Positions 13,001 to 24,300 of a DNA stretch of 64,000 nt are shown one piece after another. This DNA is from Macrostomum hystrix. Taxonomy: Eukaryota > Animalia > Platyhelminthes. Under the pieces are notes generated by a model, which was not told the origin of the DNA, ran no database searches, and saw only the letters and a program-made list of their open reading frames with translations. A program made the translations under genes and the position numbers. Each line of letters begins with the position of its first letter. Within the stretch, counting starts at the first letter, position 1. Where the stretch lies: positions 24,614,001 to 24,678,000 of the forward strand of contig CATNEN010000001.1 of NCBI GenBank assembly GCA_950097015.1, in the 5' to 3' direction.

Positions 13001-13164
13001 AACCGCTGAACGACAATGAGCCCGAACCTGCCACAGCTGCGCCACCGCCACCGCCGCGGACGTATCAACCGGCAGGTCACCAGCCAAACACCGCGGCTCC
13101 TCCTGATCCGATTCAGCGTCGTCAGCTACCACCGCGCCAATGCCGGCCGACTCGATTTCGCTAA
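10003..13164 (+). CDS. pol: Pol polyprotein (PR-RT-RNase H-IN)
   Basis: LVDTGA protease, YIDD RT, DASD RNase H, HHCC zinc finger and D,D-E integrase motifs; uninterrupted 1053 aa. Confidence 0.97.
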   Translation: MNASTAGSNSLLLIPDVATGRRFLVDTGAEVSIFPVSGADARTHPPGPPLFAANGSLIRTFGSQTLKIDLGVKTCTWPFILAEVSRPLIGADFLRHHGLLVDLPNRRLLDASSLSSVHLVLGSGTAPQLAAAVAGDPYSQLLTEFPTLTEPSFQKARPRHGVEHHIPTTGPPVHARARRLPPDKLAVAKDEFRTLEQLGIVRRSCSPWSSPLHMVPKSSGGWRPCGDFRRLNDATVPDRYPVPHIQDFSARLSGCKIFSKIDLVRGYHQIPVAEADIAKTAVITPFGLFEFIRMPFGLKNAAQAFQRLIDTVCQDLDFVFAYIDDFLVASSDPQQHLKHLRVLFQRLADNGLLTNPAKCQFGRSEIDFLGHRINSRGAVPLPDKVDAITRFAPPATVKGLQEFAGMVNFYHRFVPRAAQLLRPIYGALASKEKFVQWTPELTDAFNSTKRALADAAMLAHPQPGAPTALTVDASDTAVGAVLEQRIGEAWQPLAFFSRQLRPAERKYSAFDRELLALYLATRHFRYFLEGRFFTAYTDHKPLVAAMAKLSDPWSARQQRHLAYVSEFTTDIRHVAGKDNPVADALSRCTVASVQPLLPGIDYEALARAQTLDDPALADTGLRLERVALGPGLEVLCDTVTGRPRPLVPADFRRAVFDAIHSLAHPSVRSTRRLVSEKFVWPGLKRDVGQWARSCIACQTAKVQRHVIPPPSSIPVPNSRFAHVHVDLVGPLPPSRGYTYLLTAVDRFSRWPEAFPMVDTSAASCASVFIAGWIARFGVPSDITSDRGSQFTSELWTNVSKLLGMQLHHTTAFHPQSNGLVERFHRQLKASLMARLTGPAWVDELPWALLGIRTAPKEDIGASSAELVYGAPLTVPGECLQATPAKGSYDQFLARLRGAVQSFRPPPTSRHGRVAASVPDALDTCTHVFIRRDGHRPSLQRPYFGPFKVLERNTKTFLLDLGTRHDHVAVDRLKPALLDPCEAVPAPPLRPRGRPRRDAHQPLNDNEPEPATAAPPPPPRTYQPAGHQPNTAAPPDPIQRRQLPPRQCRPTRFR

Positions 13165-13187
13165 TAGGCCAGCGCTAGGGGGAGCTA

Positions 13188-13395
13188 TGTGGCGGCCGCT
13201 CTCTCCAGCGCTCTGCGTGGTGCTAGGGCAGCCACCCCAACTTTGACTCGCACTTGCGCTGGGCCGGGGCAGTATGCATAGGGCTTAAGCTCATGTACAC
13301 GCGCCGGCCTATAAATCACTATCTTTTGGAACGCGCTGCACTTTACCTGTTCTTCGCCAAATAAAATTTAACTTTACGTGGCTACAATCGCCACA
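13188..13395 (+). repeat. 3' LTR (208 bp)
   Basis: Direct repeat of 9060-9267. Confidence 0.97.
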
Positions 13396-15918
13396 CTATA
13401 AACAAAACTCTGAGTCGAAAAGCTGCTCTACGAGCTATGTAATCGATGCACTTGCCAAAAACGTCACATTAGTGACATGCGTACTAAGCTAAACAAACTG
13501 CACCACCTGGTTTAGTGAAATGCAATTCAAATCTCAATTGAAGACACGATCTTAGCATTGTATCCTCAATTGCATATAAATATGAGTTACTATTATTGCA
13601 CGCGTATTCCAACAGCTGCATGCATTTTTCTCCACAACTATAGCGATTACAGTATTAAAACTGTCTAGAAGTAATGATCGTGCAGGTGTCCATTAAAAAA
13701 TGTAGCCTTTTAGAGTAGCTTTGAGCGGCCGCTCATTTGGCGCTATGCACACCATAGTTGGCGGGTGCTTTTAATAAAGCGTGGAAATGTCGACGCTAAT
13801 TCAAATAATTCATACAATTCTATAATATAGATATATGAGCAGTTGCAAGAGCAGTCACACTTTTATAGTGCACGACATTTTATGCCACGTATCTATACAA
13901 ATACATATACAAATACATCTATGCAAATAAATAACTTTACCTTTGGCATCTATAAACGGTTATCGTAATGACTTAATCAGCCCATTAATGGTTGCTTACA
14001 TTAAAAAACGTATGCTTAACCTGCATGCGACAGTAGCGTTATAAATGATCTCGAAACCAAAAGTGCCAATAATTATAATAAAAGTAATTACATTCTTTAA
14101 TTTGATATTGGTTTTATTTCGAAAAGCCTAAATACATACGTTTCAATCGGATCTTATATAATAGTAACTTTGATATGTTATTAGGCTTCTCATTTCACTG
14201 CATACATATCCGACGCAAGGACCACTAGAAGAAGAAGGACGGGACACTTCGTTTCTTAGAAAATTTATTAAAGGCTGATTTTTACGGAAAAATACACTAG
14301 CGAGATAGGAACTTTTCACTTTTTTCACCTTAAAACGTTGATAACACTTTTATTGGAAGCAGATACAAAGCTCTTCTTTTGATATAACTTACAAAATATG
14401 TTGCTTAGACGAATTTTATGAAGATTTTTTCATGAATAATTGATCTTCATATCATTTTAATTACTATATCATGCAGCAATTATAGCATGAAGCTAACTAG
14501 ATTGAAGGTGTGCCACCTTAGCAGGTCGAAGTGCATTAATTGCTCAATATTTCGAAATTATTTTTTACTTCTGATCATGTCACCCAATAAAATGAACAAA
14601 AAACTTAATAAATATTCCAAAACTTAGCGGCCTTTGTACTGAGGATACTCACTGAAGCACTTTAATAGAGCAGACTACTGCATCATTGACTCCTGTATCA
14701 AAATCTTGATGAGCGCTAATATCTCCTTGACTGACTGACAGCCGAATGTGGGACCCACATATGGAGGGAGAGGGTGAATTTATGTTTTTATTAGGGAACA
14801 AAATAAACAAAATTAAAACAGCGGGAGGGAGCGCGGAGAATCGGAGAGTGAGAGAGACAGTATGAGATCTATCTACCTATCTATCTATGCCCATCTGTCA
14901 AAAAACGTAAAACATAATTAAAGGAAAGATTTATCCAAACAGCACTTGTTTTGTACATGCAACAACACGAATGGGCAGACACACACATTAGCAGTGCCAT
15001 CAAGCCACGTTACCATATATATTATGTTGTGTTACTTCTGTACGTAGGGTATAATTAATGGGACTGATAACATATCTGTTATTTACTAAGCAACGTATCT
15101 TTAAAATGCATATAATAAATCTACTAATTTTACGTTGCGAGAATGTACTAATGTACCAGCGATTATTGACACTTTCATATAGTACAAAATTAGGATTGAT
15201 GATGACAGACTGAAATGCGTTGCACTTTAAAAAGTACTCGCCCACTTCAAAGTACGCACTTTAAATGAATACCAGAGTACTCTATTGCTACGCCCTTAAA
15301 GAGTACCAGAGTACGAGTACTTAAGAGTGCTCAAAGAGTACACTGTGAAAACACTGCCTTAAACAGAAACTGGGTTCGAGGAACGAAGACAAGTACTTTA
15401 CTTTTAATTAACAAAAAATATATAAAAGCAGCGAGATGCAGCCCGGATTAGCAATGTGTTGTATGTTGTAGCCTTCCTTTAGGCTAGTTCGGGACGCTCA
15501 CACTCTACCTCGCTCGTCGGTAGTCTCAGGAAGGTGGCGGCCTTAACAGGATCAGTCCAGAGGTTTTCTAACGTGATCTCCGTAGGCCTGGCATTGCATC
15601 TGAAGAGGTGTGAAGTGGTGTAAAATTTTACTAATTTTACTGACTAGGCCCCAATGCTATATTGGCCATGCTACTATCCACCTGTACACCTAGTCCTATT
15701 AACTTTGTCAATAACAAATCTGCTAATGTGCCTTTGCTTATCTTGTTGCTTAGGCATCTCATCCAATGATATCAAATAGGCCTAGGCCTACTGATAGTGG
15801 CACAACTAGGACACTACATTTTCTAGGCACCATATTATATTGTCATATTACACTGCTATAGCTGTTTAAAAAGGAACAAACAAAGATAGTTAGCTTAAAT
15901 ATCATATTGTCTATATTA

Positions 15919-16738
15919 TGTTGTGCACGTGCGCTTGCACTGCTCAAGTGCACTCGCCCCCCCGCGCAACAAGTGCACTCGCAGTTGTTTTTGGCATTGT
16001 TGTTTTGGCGTTAAAGGCTCAGTGGTGTAAGCCGCTTAGCCGCCATTGTGTTGGCTGCGCGCTGGTTGGCTGGGCCGCCCTTTTTGGTCCTCGCCCCAGG
16101 CTGCCCCTCCCCCAGCTGCGCCGTGATTGGCCGGTGGGTGGCTGGGCCGGGGTGGTGGGTGGGGGTGGGGCGGGGGGGGGCCCCGGCCCTTGGTGAGCCG
16201 TGTCCTATAAAGGCGCGGCCGGGGGCGGGTGGCTGCCCCGTGCGCGTGTTCACGCTCTACAACGCCTGACTACTGTTTCCATAACCCGTCCCCCACGCAC
16301 AAATAATAACTAATAAATATCGACCACCCAGTCTGCCAGCCGCAATCAGAAGTCCGCTGCACGAAGTTGACTACACGCACGAGTGCGAGTGAACCAGAAG
16401 TAAGTCGCTGCCTTGTCTCCTTCATTTCGGGGGCTGTAGTGGGGACCGTCCGTGTGTCCTGACGCCGACTAAGGAGGGGGACTAGACCAGGTTGCCAGCC
16501 AGGGGTCACCCTGTACTGTACGCCCGCTGTACTCAGACGCCAGCTTGTGCGCCCTGACGCCCCACTGAAGGGTGATCAACATCACAGCGTCCCGACGCGT
16601 GTGCCGGCCACTTGGGTGCGTCCTGACGCCCCAGACTTAGGGTCCCGTGCGGACACTCGCGCCCTGACGCAGGCCAGCACGGGCCCGCGTACTCTGACCC
16701 TCCTAGGGGCGTCCCTCTGGGAAGTCGCGAGTACAACA
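15919..16738 (+). mobile_element. Solo LTR (820 bp) nested in the Helentron-like element
   Basis: TGTTGT...ACAACA termini, ATTA 4-bp TSD on both sides, GC-rich island with ATTGG (16126), GC boxes, TATAAA (16206) and AATAAA (16312). Confidence 0.8.
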
Positions 16739-17118
16739 ATTATTATTATAAAAACAAAGCATAGGCCCTATAGAAATATAATGCTTCTAACTTTAACATT
16801 ATAATCATTTATAGTTTTAAATCTAAAATGGATTGTTTAAATTTTTTTTCTTCATTTGTGTATTATTTATTATTCATTTTGTTATTAAAACAGCTGTGTT
16901 ATAATTGTTGTTTAAATGTGATTCCAAATCACAACAACAAAAAGTGCAATTTAAACAGGCAAATATACTTTCTTAATGCTAAACACTAGTTTGGTAAATG
17001 TTAGGAGTAGGCTTTTCAAAATATTTAGCTACATACTTCAATTGTTTTTATTGTCTAATTAGCACACATTTAGACTAGGCCTAATAAATCAATTTCTACA
17101 AATATTTATATATTTACA

Positions 17119-17679
17119 AGCGGAGAGCCTCTCCACATCGCCAAATGGGAAGTGTCACACCTATCTGACCTGATGTCTTGTTACTGTAGCGACAAACAAC
17201 AGCAGTTCTATTTGTTGTTTTTTGATTCAAACCTAGTGGTGACAGATTTGGCTGGCTCAGTGCTCCACACTGTGTGCTTACTCCAATTTGAGCACCCTTT
17301 GTGAGTAACGGGCTGTGCCAGCAAAATATTCATTCTCGGTAGCAACTCAAAACTTTTGTGCCTGTCTTCGGAGACACTGGAAGTTCAAGAGCACTCTCAG
17401 ATTCCAGTAGAAAATGTTGTCGACATCGCAGTGGTCAGTCGCCGACTGGTCGTGATGAACAAAGAGTCCGTGTATTTGATGGGACTTACTTGCAACAATC
17501 TGAATCTGCTCTGGTCTCCTGATCAACCGAGTCAAGAGCCAAAGACAAACTTAGTACGACTGGTTGGTCTCGGCTTTGGATGTTTTCTCGCTTACAGCGA
17601 TGCAAAAGAATGGCTGATGCCAGTGTCTACCGATGTTCTAGCTACGCGTACTACGCTACCATTTCCTAGCTTTGCTTAG
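17119..17679 (+). pseudogene. Captured gene-fragment-like reading frame (~185 codons, one in-frame TGA at 17302), beta-strand-rich
   Basis: The frame of ORF 17356-17679 extends upstream (SGEPLHIAKWEVSHL...LQFEHPL*VTGCASKIFILGSNSKLLCLSS...) within otherwise very AT-rich DNA. Confidence 0.45.
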
Positions 17680-19225
17680 GCCTATCTCCAGCAGAACTTG
17701 CTGTGCGGTCATTCGATGGCGATTCCGAAACTGTCGATTGTTCGAATATTTCTCGAATCGAATGCTATTTATATGCGTGTTGCTAACCGTCATGCAATAT
17801 GACGAACCGGCGTAGACGACCGGCGAGGACTAACTACCGGGTTTGTTTAATTAACGGTGAGGAGTCAGGACAGATATTTCTTCTACTGGAGTAAGTACTA
17901 ATAATTAGTAGCACTTATTATGGCTTTCTTAGAAAACTTGGCTAGGAATTTTATCATTCTGATTTCCAATTTAATATATATTTTTACCGTTGTTCACCGT
18001 TGTTTAACTACACTTTAATTTTTGTTTAAATATGCATACCCACCCCCAATTTTTGCTATAAATATATGCGCGCTGTAGGGAGAAAAACTAACTTTTGGGA
18101 GCTTAACCCAAGTTCAAGAATAAGATTTGCTGAATGCATGTGTTCTTTGAATAAAAATTGTTATAAAGAGGAAATAACAATGGGAATACATAAAACGTAT
18201 TGGAGGGCAGTTTATTATCGAGACGATAGCAAAAGGCCAGTTTTGGATAGAAATAAATATGTTGTGTTTGTCTGGTACCCTCCAATCAGTTGGAGCCTTT
18301 AAAGACTGGGTGTGATCAATAAGTATTAAAAGAATAATTCTATACAGTTAAAAGTAAGTGTCTTACCACTCGGGCACTTATGATTTGCTACCACAGTAAT
18401 TGAATTTATATTAAAGTGTTAGGCCTATACTTCCCTATAAATAGGGAAATTTTTAAAACATAACGAAAGTTGACATTTAAATAAGCATTTTTGCAGTGGA
18501 TAAATATAAGTAATTTATAAAGAATAAAAATAAAGAGAAGGGCTTTACGACAACTGGTGACGGCTGTGAGATTTTAGTAAATAGCCCTACAACACAATAT
18601 ATTGTAAAACAAGTATTTATAAGGTAGTAGGATACTAATATATAGAGTAAAAAGCGAATATAATAGCTACAGATTAAAGGCTTGAAAAAAATTCAGATTT
18701 AGATAGTGATTGCTTGGTTAAGTTGCTTTGAAATTTTTATGTCAAATTTGCCGTACGACAAAAATTTCGAATGCTATGTTAACATAGCCGATTTGAATTT
18801 TATTTTCGTGTAGAAACCATATGAAACAGAACGACTGAAATGTACAATTTGATTATTTAAAAATTATTTTAATTCAGATTTTGAAGCAACTTATTTCTTT
18901 CTTCAATTAAATTTTGTTATACAATTTATAAAATGCTTATTTTCAAAATATACCTCAAAAAGTAAGTTCAGCAGCTTTAAAAATGCGCACGTTTTTACAC
19001 TTCACGGCTCCAAAAAGTCACCATAGAAGATTTTTGCAGGACGCAAGACTTTTTACGTTACAAAATAGCACTTTTATATGCATTTTTTATTCAGTTTCAA
19101 AAGGCTTTTTAGTTATCTATTTGGTATTTTTTCTTTTAAAGATTTTTGCGAAATCAGGTCATTTTAACTTGTTACGAAACTGTGGACCCACACTTTTACG
19201 CAACGCAATGCGCATGATGTCATCT

Positions 19226-20310
19226 TAAAGCACTTGCTAAATGCTATTTATTGACACCACACTGAAGGCCTGGCATAGCATCGTTAATAAATGGCAGCGT
19301 GAAATATAGCAAAAACGCATAGTACCGGAACCTCGTAATTCGGTAAAATGTTAATAGCGTCAAAATACGAATTTTCGCACACTAACGAAGATGGCAGTCA
19401 TCTGTACGTGTTTACTGGGCACAATAGTGCTCTTGGAAGCTAAGAACCTCATAGCGAAAATTAATATATTTTCCGCCCTATGTAGTGCTCAAATGGGTTG
19501 TTTTTGCACAAAATCACGTTTTCCGATTTTGAGAGTCAATTAAAATTTTTTTTGCAACTGACAGACGTGAATGTCACTTTTTCTGAGAGTAGTCATCTAG
19601 ATGTTTCTAATAAGTACTAATATGGGTCATTCTTATGCTTCACCTATCCTTAGTATAGGTACAAAGTCATTATTTCATTTCCAGCAAGTCACGTGACCTG
19701 GCCTGAGGTGTACAACGCATCGTGCAATGCCAGCGAACATACACTCAAATTAAAGCACTTTTTAAATGCTAACTATTGACACCACACTGAAGGCCTGGCG
19801 TAGCATCGTTAATAAATGGCAGCGTGAAATATAGCAAAAAAACGCATAACACCGGAACCTCGTAATTCGGTAAATGTTATTAGCGTAAAAATACGAATTT
19901 TCGCACACTAACGAAGATAGCAGTCATCTGTACGTGTTTACTGGGCACAATAGTGCTCTTGGAAGCTAAGAACCTCATAGCGAAAATCAATAAATTTTTC
20001 ACCCTATGTGTGCTCATATGGGTTGTTTTTGCACAAAATCACGTTTTTCGATTTTAAAAGTCAATTATAACAAAATTTTGCAACTGACAGACGTGAATAT
20101 CATTTTTTCTGACAGTAGTCATCTAGGTGTTTCTAATAAGTACAAATTTTGGCTCATTCTTACGCTTCACCTATCCTTAGTATAGGTACAAAGTCATTAT
20201 TTCATTTCCAGCAAGTCACGTGACCTGTCCTGAGGTGTACAACGCATCGTGCAATGACAGCGAACATACATTCAAATTAAAGTACATCTAAAATGTAGTT
20301 CAATGACACC
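19226..20310. repeat. Internal tandem repeat, ~526-bp unit (2 copies plus a stub)
   Basis: GACACC-anchored matches at 19253, 19778 and 20305; the repeat is also present in all other copies of the element. Confidence 0.9.
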
Positions 20311-20835
20311 AAGTGCGTCGCGCTCCGGTAATCCGTTCAAAAGTTACAGGCTAAAAAGTATGTTCGATATGCAAGCCCCCCGTACCGTCGTTAAAGTACA
20401 TTTCTGTACCGGCAGCGACTTCAATAAACTAAGACGAAATTTCAAGATATACAAATTGTGCGAAATTTAGTTGTGCACCTTGCCTAAAAAGTCTGATTTT
20501 CCTAGCATGTCGTCGTTGCTTATTTTTTGTACATTTGTATCATGAAAAATGCATAAAAATAGCCTAAATCACGTTTATCGACTTTAGCAGTGTATGGCTC
20601 AGAGTCAGTGGAACGAAACGGCTCAAAATGTATTATAAACATGTAGATCTTACCTAAATGACCGCATTCATGTACTTTTTAGAACCTCGCAACAAGGTTG
20701 AATTTCCTTTATTTCGGTTCGAATACCTACCCGTCGAATATTCGAATGTAATTAACAGGTGCGAATGTACAGTTAAAGTGAGTATCTTGGTTAAAGTCGT
20801 GCGTCATGTAAGAGTCCCAGGTGCCATCGTTAGAA

Positions 20836-20883
20836 TGACGCAGCTCAAAGGTCGCGCTGACGCGCGACCTTTGAGCTGCGTCA
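20836..20883. other. Perfect 22-bp hairpin with a 4-nt loop
   Basis: TGACGCAGCTCAAAGGTCGCGC-TGAC-GCGCGACCTTTGAGCTGCGTCA; present in all five copies. Confidence 0.95.
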
Positions 20884-21296
20884 GTTGAAAGTTAAAAAAA
20901 ATGTGCATTTTTTGACACTTAAAAAACACACTTTTACAGAATTACCTATCAAGGTAAGCATTTAGCGGAAAATAACCAATCAGTGTCTTGAAGGTCTAAA
21001 AATTCGCCAAAAGTTGGGTTCAATCAATTTTTGACTCCATATTGTGAATCCTTATTTTTTAAGATTCAAGATTTCGATGGGTCTAAAAAAAGTCACTTTT
21101 TTGTTGCCATGGCAACCAAGACGCGTTGCTATGGAACTTTCACGTCACTCATCTTGTAGCCCTAAATGTTTTACGTCCATAGAGGGGTCACACATGGTTT
21201 CATCTCAAGTGGTTTTAATTGTGCATCAATTTTATTTTCTAAAACGTTGATTTTACGTTGGGGGAGTCTCCGGGCAATCTTATATCGGTCTCGTTT

Positions 21297-21369
21297 GTCC
21301 GGAAAAATTGCCAACGAGGAGCTACGCTCGCTTCGCTCGCTTCGCTCCTCGTTGGCAATTTTTCCGGAC
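21297..21369. other. Perfect 26-bp terminal hairpin with a GCTCGCTTC-repeat loop
   Basis: GTCCGGAAAAATTGCCAACGAGGAGC - TACGCTCGCTTCGCTCGCTTC - GCTCCTCGTTGGCAATTTTTCCGGAC, directly abutting the subTIR at 21370-21382. Confidence 0.95.
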
Positions 21370-21384
21370 TGCACTTCGACCTAA

Positions 21385-24300
21385 CTAGATTGAAGGTGTG
21401 CCACCTTAGCAGGTCGAAGTGCATTAATATTGCTTAATATTTCGAAATTATTTTTTACTTCTGATCATGTCACCCAATAAAATGAACAAAAACCTTTGTA
21501 AATATTTTAAAACTTAGCGGCCTATTTGTACTGAGGATACTGACTGAAGCACTTTAATAAAGCAGACTACTGCATCAAAAAATCGCCCCCTACCTCCAAT
21601 CGGACCTACATATGGAGGGAGGAAAGCGATTTTTTAGTTTTTATTAGGGAACATAATTGAAAACAGCGGGAGGGAGCGTGGAGAATCGGAGAGTGAGAGA
21701 GACAGTAGATCTATCTACCTATGCCCACCTGTCAAAAACGTAAACAGATAATTAAAGGAAAGATGATCCACAAATTTTTATCCAAAACAGCACTTGTTTT
21801 GTACATGCAACAACACGAACGGGCAGACACACACACGAGCGGTGCCATCAAGCCACGTTACCATATATATTAATATTTAATTAATTAAAATGCTCAGTTA
21901 TTCAACTCGAATCACCAGGATGGACAGGTTGGAACATATTTAAATACTAAATTAATTTATAATTTAGATGTTGCGTTACTTCAGTACGTAGGATATAATT
22001 AATGGGACCGAACATATTTGTTATTCACTAAGCATGGTAACTTTAAAATGCATATAATAAATATAATAATTTTACGTTGTACCAGCGATTATTGAGACTT
22101 TTATATAGTACAAAATTAGGATTGATGATGACAGACTGAAATGCGTTGCACTTTAAAAAGTACTTGCCTACTTTAAAGTACGCACTTTAAAAGAATACCA
22201 GAGTACTCTATTGCTACGCCCTTAAAGACTACCAGAGTACTTAAGAGTGCTTAAAGAGTACAGTGTGAAAACACTGCCTTAAACAGAAACTGGGTTCGAG
22301 GAACGAAGACAAGAACTTTAGTTTTAATTAATAAAAAATATATTAAAAGCAGCGAGATGAAGCCCCGTTTAACAGTCAGCTGCAGCTACTGGCCTTCCCG
22401 ACCAGCCCCCCTCTCAATATCGTTAGCGCTGGTAGCGGCAGCAGCGCCAGCAGCAGCCGCCCCTTGGTTGGGGTTGCAAAAGTCGCTCGCCGCGCTAGCA
22501 GCAGCCGCCCCTTGGTTGAGTTGCAAAAGTCGCTTGCCACGCTAGCAGCAGCCGCCCCTTGGTTGAGTTGCAAAAGTTGCTTGCCACGCTAGCAGCAGCC
22601 GCCCCTTGGTTGGGGTTGCAAAAGTCGCTTGCCATGCTAGCAGCAGCCGCCCCTTGGTTGGGGTTGCAAAAGTCGCTTGCTACGCTAGCAGCAGCCGCCC
22701 CTTGGTTGGGGTTGCAAAAGTCGCTTGCCACTCTAGCAGCAGCCGCCCCTTGGTTGGGGTTGCAAAAGTCGCTCGCCGCGCTAGCAGCAGCCGCCCCTTG
22801 GTTGGGGTTGCAAAAGTCGCTCGCCGCTAGACTTGAAAATCGAACCCAGTAACATTAATTAACACTGTATACAAAGGTCTCAGAAATAATAAAATAATAC
22901 TCATAATAGAAAATCTTAGACATTCTGTATATTTGGATTACAAATTGTAAAGAGAAAAATCGGAAAAATACAATATATGCTATTGGTAGAAAAATACCAT
23001 GTAATCAATATATTTAGAATTCAATAATAAAAACAATAAAATATTGTTTATTAATTATTGTGCAACTGGGCTAAGTAGCATAGCTGGCAATGGTAATAAT
23101 TACAAAGTTGAAAGTGAACATGCTACCTCAATTAATTTTACATTTAACGTAAAAATAATCTTACAATGAACAACAGAATTAGTTTTTAAAAACGGTTTGG
23201 CACTCCAATTCTGTTTACTATAATTTAAAATGATATTTTCCAAGACATTCAGCATTAAAAGTACAGACTTTTAATACCCACAGGTAAGTAAAACCACTGG
23301 ATACAACTTTGCAGTGAAATGCATTGCCATTCAATAAAAGTTACCCAACATTAGGTAGGTGTAGCCTGATCATTTAGCTAAGTCCAAAATTAGACACAAC
23401 AGCTTTTTAAAAATGCAAAACAAAACAAATCAATCAATCAATATCAAAATCAATGTTGAGAGAAAAATACTGCTGTGTCAAAAACAAAAAGCGTTGAACA
23501 TTTAACTAACCTCATGGTACAATGAGACTTACAAAGCAAACAACAATATTTTTATAGAAATTTTAGACAGTAAAAATATTTTACACTGTGGAGGTTAATA
23601 AATGCTACTCACATTTTTAAGGACTTTCACTGCACAGTTTGTAGGCAGTGCTGTGCGCAATAATTTATTCACAAAATTGTATTTAAGCTGCCAAAAGGCA
23701 AATTTGTGCACAGCACCCACTCAATAGTGTTTATTTTTTAAAAAGAATACTTAAATTGTATCTCAAGCAAACATAAGCTTTCTAAGTGCTTTGCTTATAG
23801 AAATTCAGCAGCCATTGCAGTGCAAATTGCTCGCCAAAAGGCAATAAATTGACAAAAGGCAATTAATCACCAAAAAGGCAAATTGTGCATTTCATGTGCT
23901 TTGCTCATAGGAATTCAGCGACCATTGCAGTGCACATTGTGCTATTAATCACCCAAGGCAATTAATCGCAAAAAAGGCAAGTGGTTTTCTTTCTAAGTGC
24001 TTTGCTTATAAGAATTCACCAGCCATTGCTGCGAATTACACTATAAATCACCAAAAGGCAATTAATTGACAAAAAAGCAAATGGTGTATTTCAAGAGCTT
24101 TGCTTTGATAAAAATTCAGCAACTATCGATCACAAAACTGCATTATTGCATTAAACTGCTAAGAATCTCATTCAATACTTAAACGTATCTGCTTAACCAT
24201 TCAAAAAGTAAAGACAGTTTGAATAATAAAAATAATTGCTTACTTGAGTCTCTAAAAAATTTATAAAAAGTCAACGAACATCAGACAGCGAGCTTTATAC

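Larger units (their letters stand above)
9060..13395 (+). mobile_element. Full-length Ty3/Gypsy LTR retrotransposon, CsRn1-like lineage
   Basis: Two 208-bp TG...CA LTRs, CTAT TSD (9056-9059 and 13396-13399), PBS TGGTGAGCCCGAC, polypurine tract AGGGGGAG before the 3' LTR, intact gag and pol, and a CHCC gag motif. Confidence 0.97.
14497..21384 (-). mobile_element. Non-autonomous Helentron/Helitron2-like element, copy A (6888 bp)
   Basis: The minus strand starts TT-AGGTCGAAGTGCA (subTIR) plus a 26-bp hairpin and ends TGCACTTCGACCT-GCT-AAGGTGgcaCACCTT-CAAT-CTAG. Near-identical copies lie at 37751, 47769 and 57785. No transposase ORF. Confidence 0.8.

Noticed and set aside
9340-13246. Numerous overlapping and antisense ORFs within the Gypsy and LINE coding regions
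   Set aside because: These are expected shadows of GC-rich coding sequence with no recognisable motifs.
16050-16270. GC-rich TATA region as a viral origin or host CpG-island promoter
   Set aside because: It lies within an 820-bp TG...CA unit with a 4-bp TSD and is better explained as a solo LTR.
17302-17304. In-frame TGA as selenocysteine
   Set aside because: No SECIS or selenoprotein motif is recognisable; a nonsense mutation or splice donor is simpler.
21166-21424. Small ORFs such as MQSGKIANEERSERSERSS repeated in each element copy
   Set aside because: They are by-products of the terminal hairpin and its GCTCGCTTC loop; recurrence reflects copy identity, not coding constraint.
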